64,000 bases of DNA, from NCBI GenBank assembly GCA_965655975.1, contig CBFHIS010000004.1:4428-68427 (forward strand), in the 5' to 3' direction. This DNA comes from Wenzhouxiangella sp. Lineage in GTDB: Bacteria; Pseudomonadota; Gammaproteobacteria; Xanthomonadales; Wenzhouxiangellaceae. Below are positions 51,226-60,244 of the stretch, one piece after another. The notes under the pieces were generated by a model. It was not told the DNA's origin. It did no database searches and was given only the letters and a program-made list of their open reading frames with translations. The translations under genes and the position numbers were made by a program. The stretch's first letter is position 1, and each line of letters starts with the position of its first letter.

Positions 51226-52419
51226 TCAGTCAAAACTCGGCTTGTCTAATAACCGTTGATCTTTCTTTGCCTGAAACTGCAGGGCATTCCGATAATAGCG
51301 GGCGGATGCTTCCGCATCGCCCTGCCTGTCCATCAAGCGACCCAAGGCCATATAAATCTCAGCAGAGGCGCGCTTTTTAAGCGCTTGCTCTAGAAAACGC
51401 TGAGACTTCTCATACTGACGGTCATCAAGGTACAAAAGCCCTAGGGTCTCGAGAAGCTCTGGATGGTCGGGGTTAGATTGCACCCGATTTTCACAATCGA
51501 GGATGCGGCGTGCCCGGTTGGTCTCATCACTGATCCGATAGGTCAATAGCACCTCAGCATCCAATCCCTGATCCAGCAGACCACCCAACAACCGACTGGT
51601 GTGATCGTGATGCCCCAGCGCTGCGGCTCGATGGGCATAAGCCAACACCAGCGGCCGCTCGCCGCGCTGACGCGAGCTCAGCGCTTTCCAAGTTCGCCGC
51701 AGTGATGGGTAATCCTCCGAACTTGCCAATTCGCGTTCTGCAGCCAACTGCGACAATGCCTGAGCCTTTTTCGCATCCAACATGCCGGCTCGTCTAAGCG
51801 CGGGGGTCAACTCACGAAGTTGCTGCCAACGACCACCATCTTGATAGGCCGCCAGCAGCGAACGCAACACCCCCATGTGCTTGGGCTTTTTGAGATGCAA
51901 GTTCTCCAAGAGGGTGATGGCTTGATCCATGCGACCCTCCTCCAGCGCCAAGCGAGCACGTGCAAATTGGGTAATGAAGTGTTTGCGTCCAAACCGTGCG
52001 TCGGCCTGATCAAGCCATGCGTCTCTGGCCCCTGGATCCGAACGCCCTTGGGCGGCACGCGCGGCGCCGAGTAAGCCAGCAGTGGATTTTTGATAAGCCA
52101 AGGACTCAGCAAACAGGCGCTCTGCCTTGTCCCACTCGCCCTCAGTCAGCGCCAAAAACCCATCTTCAAGTTGCTGGCGCGAACGCATTTGTTTGCGTTT
52201 TGCTAAGACTCTTCCGGGCCAACGGATCAAACCGAGCAGCACAGATAGCACCACCCACACCAAGACAATGCCGAGCCCCCAAGCAACCAAGGGCATCTCG
52301 ACTTCCCATGCCCCCACACCAATGACAACAAGCCCAGGATCTCTCAATAAAACAGGCGCCACCAACGCGCCTGCAATGAGAACAGCCACCATCAACAAAA
52401 ATATGAGCACCCACTTCAT
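51226..52419 (-). CDS. hemY: HemY-family TPR membrane protein
   Basis: N-terminal TM pair, GFLALTEGEWDKAER, TPR helices; downstream of hemX-like gene. Confidence 0.82.
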   Translation of the reverse strand: MKWVLIFLLMVAVLIAGALVAPVLLRDPGLVVIGVGAWEVEMPLVAWGLGIVLVWVVLSVLLGLIRWPGRVLAKRKQMRSRQQLEDGFLALTEGEWDKAERLFAESLAYQKSTAGLLGAARAAQGRSDPGARDAWLDQADARFGRKHFITQFARARLALEEGRMDQAITLLENLHLKKPKHMGVLRSLLAAYQDGGRWQQLRELTPALRRAGMLDAKKAQALSQLAAERELASSEDYPSLRRTWKALSSRQRGERPLVLAYAHRAAALGHHDHTSRLLGGLLDQGLDAEVLLTYRISDETNRARRILDCENRVQSNPDHPELLETLGLLYLDDRQYEKSQRFLEQALKKRASAEIYMALGRLMDRQGDAEASARYYRNALQFQAKKDQRLLDKPSFD

Positions 52420-53702
52420 GGTTGGTAGAGCACCTGCTCAATCGCTTCTTTGACGCCACCCAGAGAACTTGGAGGTGGGCTGCCCTCAATTTCCGTCAGG
52501 CGCTGTAATTGGTTGATGACATTTTGTGTCTCGTCTGGTCTGAACAAGCGCTCAATCTCTATGCTGAGCTGAGCGGCTTGGCTGCGGGTCATCTCCACAT
52601 CTTGTGAGGCCAGCGCCACCTGCAGCAACAACAGCCGCTGCTCAATGTTGGCCTGGGCCAGACGCTGATCGCGATTGGACAACGCGGCCAAATTGCGAGG
52701 CCTGACTTGGACCAGCGCTGTAAATAAGTCAGTGACTCGGCTCATCCATCCATCCCCTGCCTCTCTCGCATCGGCCAACGTCCTATCTGCTTCTGCCTCT
52801 GCTGGTGCGACCAAATCAGTGCTGGGTTGAGAAAAGGACCAGCTTTTGTAGTTGCCCAGCCACTCTTGTGACTGTGTTTGCCACTGTGTCCATTCCACGG
52901 GTGACCAAGAAGCGACCGCCGCCTGCTCTTGGGCCAACAGGGGCAACAACCTCTTCAGGTCTTCATTGTCTGAGCGTTGCCACTTGGTAGCCAAACCATC
53001 ATAACCAGTCAGCGCCAGGTCCTTGGATGGCTTGCCTATATCGTGCTGCTTGAGATGGCCCTCAATCTCAAGCAATGCCCAATAGGCTTCGAGCAACTCG
53101 CCTCGGTTGGCCATGAATTCTCGGACCGACGCCTCGGTCACTGGACCGGATGCATTGGGAACCATCCCAGCTGACCTTTCATCCAGTCTTCGATTCAGGT
53201 TGGCCAACGACCGTCCCAGATCAGAGACTTCCTCATCCAATGCAGCCAAGCGCAAAGCCAGAGATGGATTCGCGCCCTGTGCCTCGGACAGATTGGCCGT
53301 GACCTCATCGAGCACCAACTGCAATCGTTCAATGTCTGCGCTCACCGCCTGGTGCTCTGCGTCTTGTTCTGAGCGTGCTTGGGATTGTTTGGCAGCGAAT
53401 GCGGCCAATGCCTGCTCAAGGCTTCTCTCGATCCGCGCATCCATCCGCTCACTCATTGGATCACCCAAGACCTCGGACTCGATGGTTCGCTCAAGCGATC
53501 GAAGACGCGCCTCTAGAGGATTTTCTTGAGATGGCCAGATGCTGCTCGGCCAAGCGAAAGGATAGCTCAGGTAATAGCTCGAAAGCCCAACGGCGAAGAC
53601 AGCCATCACAGCCAGAGCCAATGCCAGTCTCAAAATCTTTTTAGACCAAGATGACTTTGTCTTCTTATCTGCTTCGGGACTTGGACCGGCGGAATCATTC
53701 AT
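52416..53702 (-). CDS. HemX-like single-TM coiled-coil protein
   Basis: TM anchor, long coiled coil, C-terminal LVQVR...NIEQRLLLLQVAL; precedes hemY; ATG 53702. Confidence 0.6.
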   Translation of the reverse strand: MNDSAGPSPEADKKTKSSWSKKILRLALALAVMAVFAVGLSSYYLSYPFAWPSSIWPSQENPLEARLRSLERTIESEVLGDPMSERMDARIERSLEQALAAFAAKQSQARSEQDAEHQAVSADIERLQLVLDEVTANLSEAQGANPSLALRLAALDEEVSDLGRSLANLNRRLDERSAGMVPNASGPVTEASVREFMANRGELLEAYWALLEIEGHLKQHDIGKPSKDLALTGYDGLATKWQRSDNEDLKRLLPLLAQEQAAVASWSPVEWTQWQTQSQEWLGNYKSWSFSQPSTDLVAPAEAEADRTLADAREAGDGWMSRVTDLFTALVQVRPRNLAALSNRDQRLAQANIEQRLLLLQVALASQDVEMTRSQAAQLSIEIERLFRPDETQNVINQLQRLTEIEGSPPPSSLGGVKEAIEQVLYQP

Positions 53703-53947
53703 CGAAATAACCTCGGAAATGAGCTTGGGGATGACGGAGGCATATTGATTCGGCCAACAGACACACAACCCTGCCTATCAAAAATAGGAAAAGCCCGCGC
53801 GCCTGGCCAAACCTTCAGGACGCTAGGGGCTTGCTTGTTGGCATTGGCGTTGGCATTAGCAGCAGGGGTACGCGCCCCGAAAGTTAGGATCATAACGGCA
53901 CCCGGATCATCAAAATTGATATCGGCATCAGCCAACGCCTTCATCAT
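53699..53947 (-). other. 82-aa orphan ORF, possibly a gene remnant
   Basis: Stop overlaps the hemX ATG (ATGA); no recognisable motif. Confidence 0.3.
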
Positions 53948-53961
53948 GCCATCCCAAATCT

Positions 53962-54660
53962 CTATTGTCCAATGTCGCCTCTTATGGCCAAAGATGAGGA
54001 GAAAAATGCATCAATTGCCAAGATTTCTTGGGCACATACCTCGTGCCCCATTGGCCAGGTTTGGAAGTCAACACTGAGCCCTGCTTGGGACAGCATTTGA
54101 TGCGCGGCCTCACCCAGACTCATCGGGACGATGGGGTCATGAGTGCCATGGGCCATATAAATGGGACACGTAGCGCGTGCGGGCACCAACCACTGATTCA
54201 ATTCCTTGCCCTGAAGCAGATAGGTCGATAAGGCGAGTATCGCAAACAATGGCTTTGGACACGCCAAGCCCGCCCTCAAGGCAATTGCGCCACCTTGGGA
54301 AAAACCTGCCAAGGCGACCTGATTGATCCCCGGGGCAGCAAATTGGTCCTCGATCAAACCCAAAATGGCTTTGACCGATTGATCGATGCCATGCACGTCC
54401 TGGTCTCGATCAACATCAAAGCCCAAAATGTCGTACCACGCCCGCATGGCCATGCCACCATTGATGGTGACTGGGCGAATGGGTGCATTCGGGAAAACAA
54501 AGCGCATGGCATGATCTTTGGCGCTTTGGAGCTGCGGTACAATTGGCACAAAGTCATTGCCGTCAGCCCCCAGGCCATGCAGCCAAATCACGCTGATGCT
54601 CGGGTCTGGCGCGGTCTCAGCCACCACGCATTCGATGTTGTTAAGAGTGAGGATTTTCAT
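53962..54660 (-). CDS. Carboxylesterase / phospholipase (alpha/beta hydrolase)
   Basis: VIWLHGLGADG, FPNAP, AWYDI, GFSQG nucleophile, HGTHD, MGHEV. Confidence 0.93.
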   Translation of the reverse strand: MKILTLNNIECVVAETAPDPSISVIWLHGLGADGNDFVPIVPQLQSAKDHAMRFVFPNAPIRPVTINGGMAMRAWYDILGFDVDRDQDVHGIDQSVKAILGLIEDQFAAPGINQVALAGFSQGGAIALRAGLACPKPLFAILALSTYLLQGKELNQWLVPARATCPIYMAHGTHDPIVPMSLGEAAHQMLSQAGLSVDFQTWPMGHEVCAQEILAIDAFFSSSLAIRGDIGQ

Positions 54661-54865
54661 GCCATTGAGTTTAACGCCTCCAGCCAATCCAGCGCTAAAA
54701 AAATCTCGGATCTGGCTTATCGTGGGATTGTTTCTCTTGCCCTTTCTGGGAACAGGTTGTGGCCTCAAGGATGATTTGATTCTGCCCGATGAAAATGGGC
54801 AACAAACCTCTCTCAAAGCCCCACTCAAAACAACCCTTGTAAACACGATCGAGGCAGTGCAATGA
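54659..54865 (+). CDS. lptM: Small lipoprotein LptM (LppL/YifL family)
   Basis: KKSR, hydrophobic core, lipobox GTG-C, then GLKDDLILP (family motif CG.KG.LYLP); upstream of dapF; SD GAGGA; GTGCAATGA end overlaps the next ATG. Confidence 0.75.
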   Translation: MPLSLTPPANPALKKSRIWLIVGLFLLPFLGTGCGLKDDLILPDENGQQTSLKAPLKTTLVNTIEAVQ

Positions 54866-55539
54866 AACGCATCCCAGAGCCTGAGCTGATGGACTCTCCG
54901 GAACAGACCAGCGCCTATGCAGCGGCTGATTTCTCCGAGCCCAATCGCATTTTTTGCCAAGCTGTTGCCCAAATGCTCGGGACTCAAACCACGGCTCAGG
55001 GAGCACGATTATTGGATCTGGGTTGTGGTTCTGGTGGGTTGTTGGTTGAGTTGGCGCAAGCCCTGCCATTGTGGCAATTGGCTGGCGTGGATGCAGGACC
55101 CAATATGCTAAAGCTCGCCAGTCAGAGCATCGCCACACAGGGGCTTTTGGGGCGTGTGCGTCTCATTGAGGCGCATCTGCCCAGCGATCTGGATGCGGTC
55201 GACGCCCATGGACCTTTTGATGCCATTGTTTCTAACAGCCTTGTTCATCACCTCGCCGATCCGATGACGATGTGGGCCTCAATCGCAAGCCTTGGACAAC
55301 CCGGCACACGCGTGGTGGTGATGGATCTCACCAGACCGGCGAGTGTCGAAGAGGCCAAAGACTTGGTCGAGGCCCATACCCAGGGTGCCTTGCCTGCCCT
55401 TAGAGAAGATTTTTATAACAGCCTTCTGGCTGCTTGGCGCCCTGCTGAGATTCAAGCGCAACTGACTTCCATGGGCTGGGGCCATTGGTCAATTGAGACA
55501 CCCAGCAACCGCCATTGGTTGGTCTCAGGGGAACTCTGA
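54862..55539 (+). CDS. Class I SAM-dependent methyltransferase
   Basis: MKRIPEPELMD, LDLGCGSG, GVDAG, SNSLVHHL, MDLTRP. Confidence 0.9.
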   Translation: MKRIPEPELMDSPEQTSAYAAADFSEPNRIFCQAVAQMLGTQTTAQGARLLDLGCGSGGLLVELAQALPLWQLAGVDAGPNMLKLASQSIATQGLLGRVRLIEAHLPSDLDAVDAHGPFDAIVSNSLVHHLADPMTMWASIASLGQPGTRVVVMDLTRPASVEEAKDLVEAHTQGALPALREDFYNSLLAAWRPAEIQAQLTSMGWGHWSIETPSNRHWLVSGEL

Positions 55540-55603
55540 TGCCACGGCGAAGACAATTTTCCAACACCCTACCAGGCCCTTGGTTGAGCTGAAGAAAAGC
55601 GTC

Positions 55604-56449
55604 ATGACACGGCCCATCATTCCCTATGTCAAACTCAGCGCTCAGGGCAACGATTTCATTGTCATTGATGGCCATGACTCGGGTGAGAACAATTATGTCA
55701 ACCACCTTTCGCCGCACCAGATGACCCAATGGGCGGATCGTTCCTCTGGAATTGGCTTTGACCAACTCTTGGTGCTCTACCCCACCACCTCGCCAACAGG
55801 CTTTGATGTTGCCATCTACAACGCCGATGGTTCTGAGGCCGAGCAATGCGGCAATGGCATGCGGGCTCTGGCCTATTATTTGATGGTTCGCCACCCCGAG
55901 CTGAAGACCCAAGCCATCACACTGCACCCGCCAGCCGGGCGTGTCGACATTCGAAACGTGGAGCCAAGACATGCCAACAAACAAGCGCTGGTCTCAGTGT
56001 CACTTCCCGGGCCTGTCGATATCAAGAATGACTCGAACGAAGCCTTCAAGCCAGCGACACATGTTGTCCACCTCTCCATGGGCAACCCGCACCTCATTTT
56101 GGTTTGGCCGCAGCAGCCAAATGAGTCGGAGTGTTTTGAGGTTGGAGGCCAACTCCAAAACCGCCCCAGCTTTCTAGGTGGCATCAATGTGAGCCTCGCC
56201 CACGTCACAGAAACGGGGATCAACCTGCGCGTCTATGAGCGTGGCGTCGGCCCGACGCTGGCATGTGGCAGCGGCGCTTGCGCGACGGTCGCCGCTTTGA
56301 CAACCTTGGGCCTGACAACAACAAAGACCACCGTCCATCAGCCAGGCGGGTCCCTTGTGATAGATTGGCAAACCGCTAAAGATCTCGACAATAAAATCAC
56401 ATTAACTGGCTCCGTTGACTGGATTGGCAAAGGCCATTTGACAACGTGA
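55604..56449 (+). CDS. dapF: Diaminopimelate epimerase
   Basis: GNDF, GIGFDQLL, NADGSEAEQCGNG, GNPH, ERGVGPTLACGSG. Confidence 0.95.
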   Translation: MTRPIIPYVKLSAQGNDFIVIDGHDSGENNYVNHLSPHQMTQWADRSSGIGFDQLLVLYPTTSPTGFDVAIYNADGSEAEQCGNGMRALAYYLMVRHPELKTQAITLHPPAGRVDIRNVEPRHANKQALVSVSLPGPVDIKNDSNEAFKPATHVVHLSMGNPHLILVWPQQPNESECFEVGGQLQNRPSFLGGINVSLAHVTETGINLRVYERGVGPTLACGSGACATVAALTTLGLTTTKTTVHQPGGSLVIDWQTAKDLDNKITLTGSVDWIGKGHLTT

Positions 56450-56464
56450 ACTCTCCCATTTGGA

Positions 56465-57160
56465 ATGCAAAGCACAGACATGGAAAAATCTGAAAAAAAG
56501 CTCACCGAGCATGACATTGTGTCTTGGTTCAAAGCACATCCCAGCCAATGGCTTGAGATCCCTGAGCTCCGTGGGATCATTGAAAACCCAGAACAAAGAA
56601 GCAAGACCGATGGCCCGACGTCGCTGGCAGACTTTCAACTCCGACGCCTGAAACAAGAAAATACAAAGCTCCAAACACAACTCCAAACATTGGTCAGCGT
56701 CGCACAAACCAATGAAAAACTGATGCGCCGGCTTCACGCCCTGAGTCTGGACTGGGCCTCTGCCTCATCTTTTGGTGCCTTTGTGGCGCAATTTTGCAGT
56801 CAGCTCGAAGCGGAGTTTGGCGCCGACGCGGTGTGTCTCCATCTCGAATCAGTGCCCGAGGGCTTGGAGGGCGATGAATCCATTGTGGCACTGGATAAGA
56901 AAGCGCTCGATTGGCTAATGACTCAGCAACCCGCCGAGCCTCAGTGTGGGCGCTTCACACAAGCAAAACTCAACCAGTTGTTCCCCACATCCCAAGCCCA
57001 AATTCAATCGGCTGCCGTGGTGGTGTTAGAGTCAGGTGGCTGGCTGGCCATCGGGTCAACCGATGAGGCCAAGTTTCAACCCGACATGGGCACTCTTTTT
57101 GTCGAACTTTTGGCCAATGCCATCTGCCACCAACTGACCAGACTGACTGATGGCGCCTAA
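56465..57160 (+). CDS. DUF484 (YigA) protein
   Basis: SLADFQLRRLKQEN, GSTDEAKFQPDMGTLF; between dapF and xerC. Confidence 0.88.
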   Translation: MQSTDMEKSEKKLTEHDIVSWFKAHPSQWLEIPELRGIIENPEQRSKTDGPTSLADFQLRRLKQENTKLQTQLQTLVSVAQTNEKLMRRLHALSLDWASASSFGAFVAQFCSQLEAEFGADAVCLHLESVPEGLEGDESIVALDKKALDWLMTQQPAEPQCGRFTQAKLNQLFPTSQAQIQSAAVVVLESGGWLAIGSTDEAKFQPDMGTLFVELLANAICHQLTRLTDGA

Positions 57161-57175
57161 TAGAAAGAGCCGAAA

Positions 57176-58069
57176 TTGAGCGGGCCTACTCTCAATCAGG
57201 CCATCGCTCAGTTTCTTGGGCGGTTGGCACAAGAGGCCTCGCTGGGACCAGCCACCCAACAGGCGTATCAAAGAGACCTTAAAGCCTTCGAGCACTGGTG
57301 CGAAAAACAAAGTCTCCTTGAAATCAAAGACATTGATACGCACGCGATCCGAGGATTTGCCGCATCAGAACACCGTCGAGGCTTGAGTCCGCGCTCGATT
57401 CAGCGCCGCCTCTCTGGCATCCGTCGCTTCTTTAAGACACTGCGCCAGCAAGGGCGACTCAAAGCCGATCCCACAGAGGGTGTTAAAGCGCCCAAAGTGA
57501 GACGCAAACTGCCCGAAACACTGGACATTGATCAAGTCCTGGCACTATTAAATATCCCCACTGACACCCCGATTGCCGTGCGCGATCGAGCCATGTTGGA
57601 GTTGTTTTATGCCAGCGGACTCCGGGTGAGTGAATTAACTGCTCTGAAATGGCGTGACTTGGATGTGGCCGAGGGTCTGGTCAAGGTTCTTGGAAAGGGC
57701 CAAAAGGAGCGCTTGGTGCCCGTCGGTCGCCATGCGCTAAGCGCACTCACCGCTTGGCACAAAGAACAGCCAGTTGGGACTGAATATGTGTTCACCAATC
57801 CCAAAGGCCGACAACTGAGCGTGCGCGCCCTGCAAAAAAGGGTCGCTCATTGGTCTCAGCATCAAGGACTGGATCAACGCGTTCACCCACACCAGCTCAG
57901 GCACTCCTTTGCGTCTCACATCTTGCAATCCTCGGGAGATTTGCGGGCCGTCCAGGAACTTCTGGGGCATGCCAATTTGTCCACCACGCAGATCTATACC
58001 CATCTGGATTATCAGCATTTGGCCAAGATCTATGACGAAACACATCCGCGCGCGAAAAAGTCCAAGTAA
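57176..58069 (+). CDS. xerC: Chromosomal tyrosine recombinase XerC
   Basis: RDRAMLELFYASGLR, GKGQKER, HPHQLRHSFASH, LGHANLSTTQIYTH; dapF-yigA-xerC synteny. Confidence 0.95.
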   Translation: MSGPTLNQAIAQFLGRLAQEASLGPATQQAYQRDLKAFEHWCEKQSLLEIKDIDTHAIRGFAASEHRRGLSPRSIQRRLSGIRRFFKTLRQQGRLKADPTEGVKAPKVRRKLPETLDIDQVLALLNIPTDTPIAVRDRAMLELFYASGLRVSELTALKWRDLDVAEGLVKVLGKGQKERLVPVGRHALSALTAWHKEQPVGTEYVFTNPKGRQLSVRALQKRVAHWSQHQGLDQRVHPHQLRHSFASHILQSSGDLRAVQELLGHANLSTTQIYTHLDYQHLAKIYDETHPRAKKSK

Positions 58070-58247
58070 AGCGCTCGCCACAAGCAAAGCGCTTACAATA
58101 GGTACCAGGCTTCTCTGACACTGCCCCAGCGTCTTAGACGGGCGTTCATATGAATGCGATGCCGAAGAGCATCCAGCATTCAATCGTTGGGGCTGGGGAG
58201 CCCGAAAAAGATGCGTCTTGCTGATCGATGCGGATTCCCTATGGGTG

Positions 58248-58276
58248 CTTGCATCGGGACCCCAGAGACCCCATAT
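58248..58276 (+). promoter_or_regulatory. Sigma32 (RpoH) promoter of hslVU
   Basis: CTTGCA (58248-58253), 15 nt, CCCCATAT (58269-58276); consensus CTTGAA-N13-17-CCCCATnT. Confidence 0.82.
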
Positions 58277-58356
58277 TTATTTCTTTGTGATCGCCGCTCG
58301 GGGCGGTGATCGACAAAGAACAAAGACACCACCGACACGTTTTTAAGGGCAACCAC

Positions 58357-58899
58357 ATGGAACAGTTTCACGGCACAACCATTGTTTCTGTCAGGCGCGG
58401 CAACCAAGTTGCAGTCGCTGGCGATGGGCAAGTGACCTTTGGCGATACCGTCATGAAAGCGCATGCTAGAAAGGTGAGAAAGCTCTACCACAACCAGGTC
58501 ATGGGTGGCTTTGCGGGTGCAACTGCCGATGCATTCACCTTATTTGAACGCTTTGAGACCAAACTAGAAATGCACTCAGGTCATCTCACGCGTGCCGCTG
58601 TCGAGCTTGCCAAGGACTGGCGAACCGACCGCCTGTTGCGGCGGCTTGAGGCCTTGTTGGTGGTTGCTGATAAAACCGCCTCATTGATTATTTCAGGCAA
58701 TGGCGATGTCATTGAGCCTGAAAATAGCTTAATTGCGATTGGCTCAGGCGGGCCATATGCACAAGCAGCGGCCAGTGCACTGCTCAACCACACCGAGCTC
58801 GATGCCAAAACCATTTGTGAGCAAGCATTGTCTACGGCTGCAGACATCTGCATTTACACCAACCACAACTTCACCATTGAAACCTTGGAAGTCGATTGA
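58357..58899 (+). CDS. hslV: ATP-dependent protease, peptidase subunit
   Basis: [38 protein letters not shown]. Confidence 0.98.
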   Translation: MEQFHGTTIVSVRRGNQVAVAGDGQVTFGDTVMKAHARKVRKLYHNQVMGGFAGATADAFTLFERFETKLEMHSGHLTRAAVELAKDWRTDRLLRRLEALLVVADKTASLIISGNGDVIEPENSLIAIGSGGPYAQAAASALLNHTELDAKTICEQALSTAADICIYTNHNFTIETLEVD

Positions 58900-58903
58900 T
58901 CTT

Positions 58904-60244
58904 ATGTCCAACCTAACACCCAAAGAAATTGTTCAAGCGCTGGATCAACACATTGTTGGGCAAGACAGCGCCAAACGCGCGGTTGCCATCGCATTGCGTA
59001 ACCGGTGGCGGCGCATGCAGGTCGGCGGTGAACTGCAAGGCGAAATCACGCCAAAAAACATTCTAATGATTGGCCCAACCGGGGTGGGCAAGACAGAAAT
59101 CGCTCGCCGCTTGGCCGCGCTTGCCCAGTCGCCCTTTATAAAAGTGGAAGCCACCAAGTTCACCGAAGTGGGCTATGTGGGCAAGGATGTGGAATCAATT
59201 ATTCGCGACCTCGTTGAAACCTCTGTGAAAATGGCCAAAGAAGCTGCCATGGCGGGTGTCCGTGCAAAGGCCGAGGATGCCGCCATCGAGCGCATCGTCG
59301 ACATCATGCTGCCAAAGCGACAAAGCAGCGGCTTTGCCAATGCGCCTGAAGAACAAGACGACCGCAGCGATGAGACGCGCCGGAAGTTGCTGGAGCGATT
59401 GCTCAACGGTGACTTCAACGACAAAGAGATTGAGCTTGACTTGAAAATGAACCTTGGTGTCGAAATCATGGCACCCCCCGGCATGGAAGAGATGACTGGC
59501 CAACTGCAACAGATGTTTTCAAGTCTCTCTGGGCAAAAAAAGCAAAAACGAAAACTCAAAATCAAAGACGCCATCCCCATCTTGATTGAAGAAGAAGCCA
59601 GCCGGCTGATCAATGAAGAAGAGGTCAAGCAAACCGCGCTGTCCATGGCTGAGCAAAACGGGATTGTGTTTATCGATGAAATTGATAAAGTGGCCAGGCG
59701 TTCTGAGGGCTCCACCAGTGGCGAAGTCTCCCGTGAAGGCGTTCAACGGGATCTCTTGCCACTCGTTGAAGGCTGCACCGTCAATACACGCTATGGGTCA
59801 ATTAATACGGATCACATTTTATTTATCGCATCGGGCGCATTCCACGTCTCGAAACCATCTGACTTAGTCCCTGAGCTCCAAGGGAGACTACCCATCCGGG
59901 TTGAACTACAAGCGTTAAAAGTCGAGGACTTCAAAAGAATCCTGACCGAACCCAACGCTTCATTGACCACCCAGTATGAGGCGCTACTTGGCACAGAAGG
60001 CATTGGCATCAAATTTGAAGACGACGCCATCACGCGAATCGCCGAAATTGCTTTTGCTGTCAATGAGGCCACCGAGAACATCGGGGCCCGACGGCTTCAT
60101 ACCTTGCTTGAAAGGCTGCTAGAGGAGATCTCTTTCCAGGCGCCTGAAATGACCGATAAAACCCTAACCATTGATGCGGCCTATGTGGACACACACTTAA
60201 AAGAGCTCTCAGAAAACGAAGACCTCAGTCGGTATATCCTGTGA
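58904..60244 (+). CDS. hslU: ATP-dependent protease, ATPase subunit
   Basis: [31 protein letters not shown]. Confidence 0.98.
   Translation: MSNLTPKEIVQALDQHIVGQDSAKRAVAIALRNRWRRMQVGGELQGEITPKNILMIGPTGVGKTEIARRLAALAQSPFIKVEATKFTEVGYVGKDVESIIRDLVETSVKMAKEAAMAGVRAKAEDAAIERIVDIMLPKRQSSGFANAPEEQDDRSDETRRKLLERLLNGDFNDKEIELDLKMNLGVEIMAPPGMEEMTGQLQQMFSSLSGQKKQKRKLKIKDAIPILIEEEASRLINEEEVKQTALSMAEQNGIVFIDEIDKVARRSEGSTSGEVSREGVQRDLLPLVEGCTVNTRYGSINTDHILFIASGAFHVSKPSDLVPELQGRLPIRVELQALKVEDFKRILTEPNASLTTQYEALLGTEGIGIKFEDDAITRIAEIAFAVNEATENIGARRLHTLLERLLEEISFQAPEMTDKTLTIDAAYVDTHLKELSENEDLSRYIL

Noticed and set aside
53890-53925. FNR box (ATCAA/TTGAT) upstream of hemX
   Set aside because: Half-sites are in reversed order with a 2-nt spacer, not TTGAT-N4-ATCAA
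57176-58069. Tyrosine recombinase as a phage or island integrase
   Set aside because: dapF-DUF484-xerC synteny and full-length XerC motifs; no att site, tRNA or dif site recognised nearby
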